A stretch of DNA of 13,751 bases from Azolla caroliniana (Eukaryota > Plantae > Polypodiophyta), in NCBI GenBank assembly GCA_043228905.1, contig JBHGNT010000932.1:1-13751 (forward strand), in the 5' to 3' direction. The notes beneath the pieces were generated by a model that ran no database searches, was not told the origin of the DNA, and worked only from the letters and a program-made list of their open reading frames with translations. The translations under genes and the position numbers were made by a program. Below are positions 9,643 to 13,751 of this stretch, one piece after another (position 1 is the stretch's first letter; each line of letters starts with the position of its first letter).

Positions 9643-10013
9643 TGTAACGCCAAACACAACTAATCACTTTGGCTTTCATAGCCTTAGAACCGACTTCTAA
9701 CTTGGTTTTCTTCTATTTGATTATCCTAGGACTTTAATCAACCCACAAGGATAAAGGAACAATGGTGATAAGGAGCCTAAGGAGTTCAACTATATAAAGG
9801 GGCCTAGTTGGCCCCTTTTGATGTGAGTCATGACAGTTCAAAAACACTGCAAAGATTCTAGGGGTGAGGTAAAGCTCTTGTATTGGATACATAACATGGT
9901 TGAATTTGGAGTTATGATACAAGGCTATATTGAGTGGTATGGAATGTCAATGGGGTTTTGTATTCGGCTACGGTCCATGCTTGGGGTAGTTGATAAGGAT
10001 GAGTGGCGTTAAT
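9643..10013 (+). mobile_element. Possible decayed solo-LTR fragment
   Basis: Starts TGTAACGCCA, has internal CTATATAAAGGGG, and TGGCGTTA at 10004-10011 is complementary to TAACGCCA at 9645-9652. No terminal CA or target-site duplication found. Confidence 0.25.
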
Positions 10014-11130
10014 TCATTCTTTTTTTTAATTGTTGTAACTAATTTCTTATCATCAGTATGCAATCATAATACCCTCGGTTTCTTTCCAATAAAGAATTCA
10101 TATGGTGTATGATTAAATGATGCCACATAGCTTTTGAGTTAAGCTTGAGCTCAACGAACCTTGTAATATATTACATTTATTCTTCATAGAATAAATCCAA
10201 ACCGCACGAGTACAATCATCAATAAAAGTAATGAGAATAAGAACCTCCAAGGATCAAGGCTTGAGACCGTCTCTAAACATTTCCTTAAAAGGTTGGATCG
10301 TACCACATGAGCTCAGTTATTTCTTTATTCTATATTAATATTTAGAATTACGTTTTCTAAAACAATGTAGTAGACTGTGGACTATAAGAGGCATCATTAC
10401 CGAATGATTATCCCTGTGAAAAAGTTCATTTGAATGAAGTCTAAATTGTTTAACCTAAGTGTGTAGGTTAGATTGGTCCTATGTAAACACAACATTGTAG
10501 GAATACAAATTGTGATCGCTACTCGTGCATTTGAATACCTCAAAGTTGAATGGGCCAAGTTTAGATCAGTGTTGGCCTCAACCTACTCAAGTGTTGGTAT
10601 CAACCCTAATTAGTTTTGGTTGTGTGCCTACTTGAACTTGTAGACGATCATTAGTTTAGCTATTTATAAAAATCATAATGAAAAAAGGGTTGGGGTCAAA
10701 TTTTGTTTACTTTCGTTCATTAACTAAACACGCATTTGTATGAAGGAAAATAGTAACAACAACATTACATGTAAAATAGCCTTCCATTGGAGAAGGATAA
10801 ATTGAGCACATCAAAGCTTAATGGTAGATTGCAATAAAACTAGTTAAGGTTGATAATAGATATAATCCTCGTGCAATCTAGAAGTTGAAAAAAGAGATAA
10901 AGACTCCATTCAACAACAAGAGGGGTACCTACCCTACTCTATAAAACATGAAAACCAATAGATATCAAGAAAATAAAACTTTTGTATGAGACTAATATGT
11001 AAGTTAACCAAGAGGCAATAAATTATTGAACCACCGATGTTTGTTTATGTAGAACTATACCCACGAAAATTATAAGTCATTAGGTAGCAGCACACATGAA
11101 TTAAAGTATATACTTGAACAATTAAGAAAA

Positions 11131-11135
<5 letters not shown>

Positions 11136-11171
<36 letters not shown>
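11136..11171. repeat. (AG)18 microsatellite
   Basis: Perfect dinucleotide run. Confidence 0.97.
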
Positions 11172-11173
<2 letters not shown>

Positions 11174-13196
11174 CCACACCTTGGATATAAGTTATATATG
11201 CTATATCCGTCCATGTGATAATTTTGGAGGTCCTTATAACCTTTCCTTGAAATCAAGACTATAAAACAATTTAATATCATTGTCATGATACAAATGCCAT
11301 CAACAACATGATTGTCAACTCCATAGAGTTTTCTATACTTCAAATTTTCAATGAGGTAAACTAGAGTCCTAGTATGAAAACATGTCACCATGTGATACCA
11401 ATGACAAACATCATCCATGGAATCTTATTAACATGTATATGTAAATTAAACCAACAATGCTCCAAATGAGGTGAACGAAAGATGATTATATTTGATATAT
11501 CATTCATTGCATGGATTTTATATTTAAGTGTCTCCATATCATCAATCTTGCCTTAAAACGTTTTTGATATGTTTTGAAAGTCCTTTGGTATTACGAGCAT
11601 TTTCTTTTGATGCTTTATTGTTATTATTTAAAATTGGCTACATGTTGATAGTGATTCACACCTTGGCCCAGTAATGTTGTCTTATGTGACTACTTTTTCT
11701 CCATTAAATCATGGTGGGCATCTATACAAGAATGATGCCCCCGTTCCTTGACTTTTCCTTTTTCTTGAACACGTGAATCAAACATAGTAATCAATTAGTG
11801 AAATCTCTAAGTAAACTTGGATTGAGATAAGCTAAATGAAATGACTAAAACTATTTTCCATCAATGTGTGTATGGGTTCAAATATCCAAATCAACAATTG
11901 TAATTCCACCAATTGAAAGTGTTGAGAGTGCTTTCACGTTATTGGCTTTACTTCAATAATATCTTCTATTACCCTTGCACTATCTCCAAGAATAAGTGGA
12001 TGAGATGTACAACAATACACAAAAGCGCAATGCGATAGAAGAAGACAATTGTTGTAATATGTCACGAAAATTAAAATATGTGAAAACATGATGTACTTTA
12101 CAACATCAACATTGTTGTAGTCAGGTCTTGAACAAGGGTTTGATTTTTTTCTGCTCATTATAAAAATTCTTCATAATAGTAGTTTGAGAACAATGTATTC
12201 TACAAAATTCACAAATTTGCTCCTACAACATTGGCAATTCCACATTTCCCACAAAGACCAAGAGTTAAAACAATTGATTGGCCTTCAAAAGGCTATGTAA
12301 ATCATTACAATATTCACACGCCTTCAAGTTTTTGACATTACAACACATGAGAACCAAGGAAAATAAAATGTATTTTTTTCGCATGAGACTCAAGTCCAAC
12401 TTTTATAATGGAGGCGTGGAATATACCCAATAATGCTAATGTGAAACACAATAATTCCTCGAAGGATATTGGGTGAAGAAGAATGACACGCAATACACGC
12501 ATGATCTAAGTCATAAATCCTATTGAAAAGTTGCATCAAGTGCATAGGTTGCGGAAACACATTCAAGGATTGAAATGAACAAACCCTTAACTAGGGAAGT
12601 CACAAGAATTTTGTTAAGTACCCTTAATGCGCCTTAATTCACACACACATATATATGTATCTAATTCACATTATGATAAGCTCTTATGCATTGATCTAAC
12701 AAATTTCCCCATGTTGGGCTTACTCTATGTGAAAGTGACATTAAGAAGCAATAACATCTAGTCAAGTTAGATATAAAGTGTCATATATGAGAGGACACAC
12801 CACGTCGCCATATATGTGGTGTCACCAACCACCTTTGTATGAAACTTGGTAGAATCAGATATACACAATGCTTTAAGGGTTCTCTCTTAGACAAGACAAG
12901 TTTCCCACGTTAGCAATTTGCACAGCCATCATGTTGTGAACCTGGACTTAAAAGCACAGACTTTAAGAATGGAGACTAGCAAGGATATGACACAGTAATA
13001 CGAGTCACAGAGGAGCCTTGACCTGAGGCTATACGAACCTCGGCTTAACAAGGTAGCTAGGGGGCACGAGTAGAGTTGGTTAGATATTAAAGGTCCAGGG
13101 GCAATAAGGAGGCACCGCTTTTCTCTTGTCTAGTTAATTATGTGTCGACGTGGTGCGAGGAGCATCCCCGTCGAGGATGGAATGAAGAGAACCAAC

Positions 13197-13252
13197 AAGA
13201 AGGAGAAGAAGAAGGAGAAGAAGAAGAGAGAGAGAGAGAGAGAGAGAGAAGA
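13197..13252. repeat. (GAA/GGA)n plus (GA)n purine tract
   Basis: About 55 nt of unbroken purines. Confidence 0.92.
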
Positions 13253-13289
13253 TTTTGAAAGGGCATAAGAAAAGGGCTGGCATTGCCAC

Positions 13290-13751
13290 TTTTTGCTTTT
13301 TTGCTTTTTTGTCTCTGGCTTTTAATGAATTATTATTTTTGTGGTGGTGACTTTTTGATGCACTTTTTATCCATTTTGTTCTTTTTTGGCTGCACTTTTT
13401 CATCACTTTTTTGTTTTTCTTTTTTCTTTTTTCTTTTTCTTCTTCCTTCCAAAGAGAAAAGAAAGGAAGGAAGAAGCAAAAGACAAAAAGACTTTCTGTT
13501 TGTTTTGTTCTGCTTTTTTCAAAAGAAATCCATCTCCAAATCTCCTCCATTTTCTCTGTTTCTCTTCTTCTGATTTCCTCTGTTTCTCTGTTTCTCTGTC
13601 TCTCTGTGTTTCTGATTCTTCTTTTCTTTTCTTTTCTTTTCTTTCAGTCAATCACTCTCATTCCTTTCTCTAATCTCCATCTCCATTCTCCATTCTTCAT
13701 ACTCCCCCAGTATTTCTTCTTCTTTCACCTCATCTTCATCTTCATCAGCTT
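13290..13751 (+). promoter_or_regulatory. Pyrimidine-rich low-complexity region, probable promoter or 5' UTR of a plus-strand gene starting beyond the window
   Basis: Long T/C-rich tracts (TTTCTCTG, CTT, CTCCAT, CTTCAT repeats), as in plant Y-patch promoters and leaders. No start codon or coding exon is visible, so function is inferred. Confidence 0.4.

Noticed and set aside
10569-10609. TGGTATCA (10595-10602) as a tRNA-iMet primer-binding site
   Set aside because: Diverges after 8 nt (no GAGC), is part of a local 21-bp duplication, and no gag follows.
7341-12158. Scattered 60-98 aa intergenic ORFs
   Set aside because: Lengths expected by chance, with no transposase, gag/pol or other motifs that I recognise.
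13134-13673. Four overlapping ORFs of 82-138 aa on both strands
   Set aside because: Poly-K/E/F/S translations of low-complexity GA/CT tracts that lack stops by composition. No domain is recognisable.

Overview
AT-rich land-plant nuclear DNA, not prokaryotic. The window holds one complete, intact, minus-strand spliceosomal gene for plastid 15-cis-zeta-carotene isomerase (Z-ISO, NnrU-like membrane protein of carotenoid synthesis). I assembled it as join(complement 6851..6952, 4085..4447, 3475..3621, 3128..3337, 2271..2606) = 1158 nt, 385 aa plus stop. All four introns are phase 0, and exon 1 (transit peptide) is missing from the ORF track. The last intron is a non-canonical GC-AG intron with a competing out-of-frame GT 4 nt downstream. 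Two introns carry degenerate telomere-like (TTTAGGG/CCCTAAA) arrays in opposite orientations. The rest is intergenic: microsatellites, a 50-bp minisatellite, a possible decayed solo LTR, and a GA/CT-rich end that looks like the promoter or 5' UTR of a divergent gene outside the window. I found no evidence of a new multi-gene system. The best leads concern splicing and regulation of Z-ISO.
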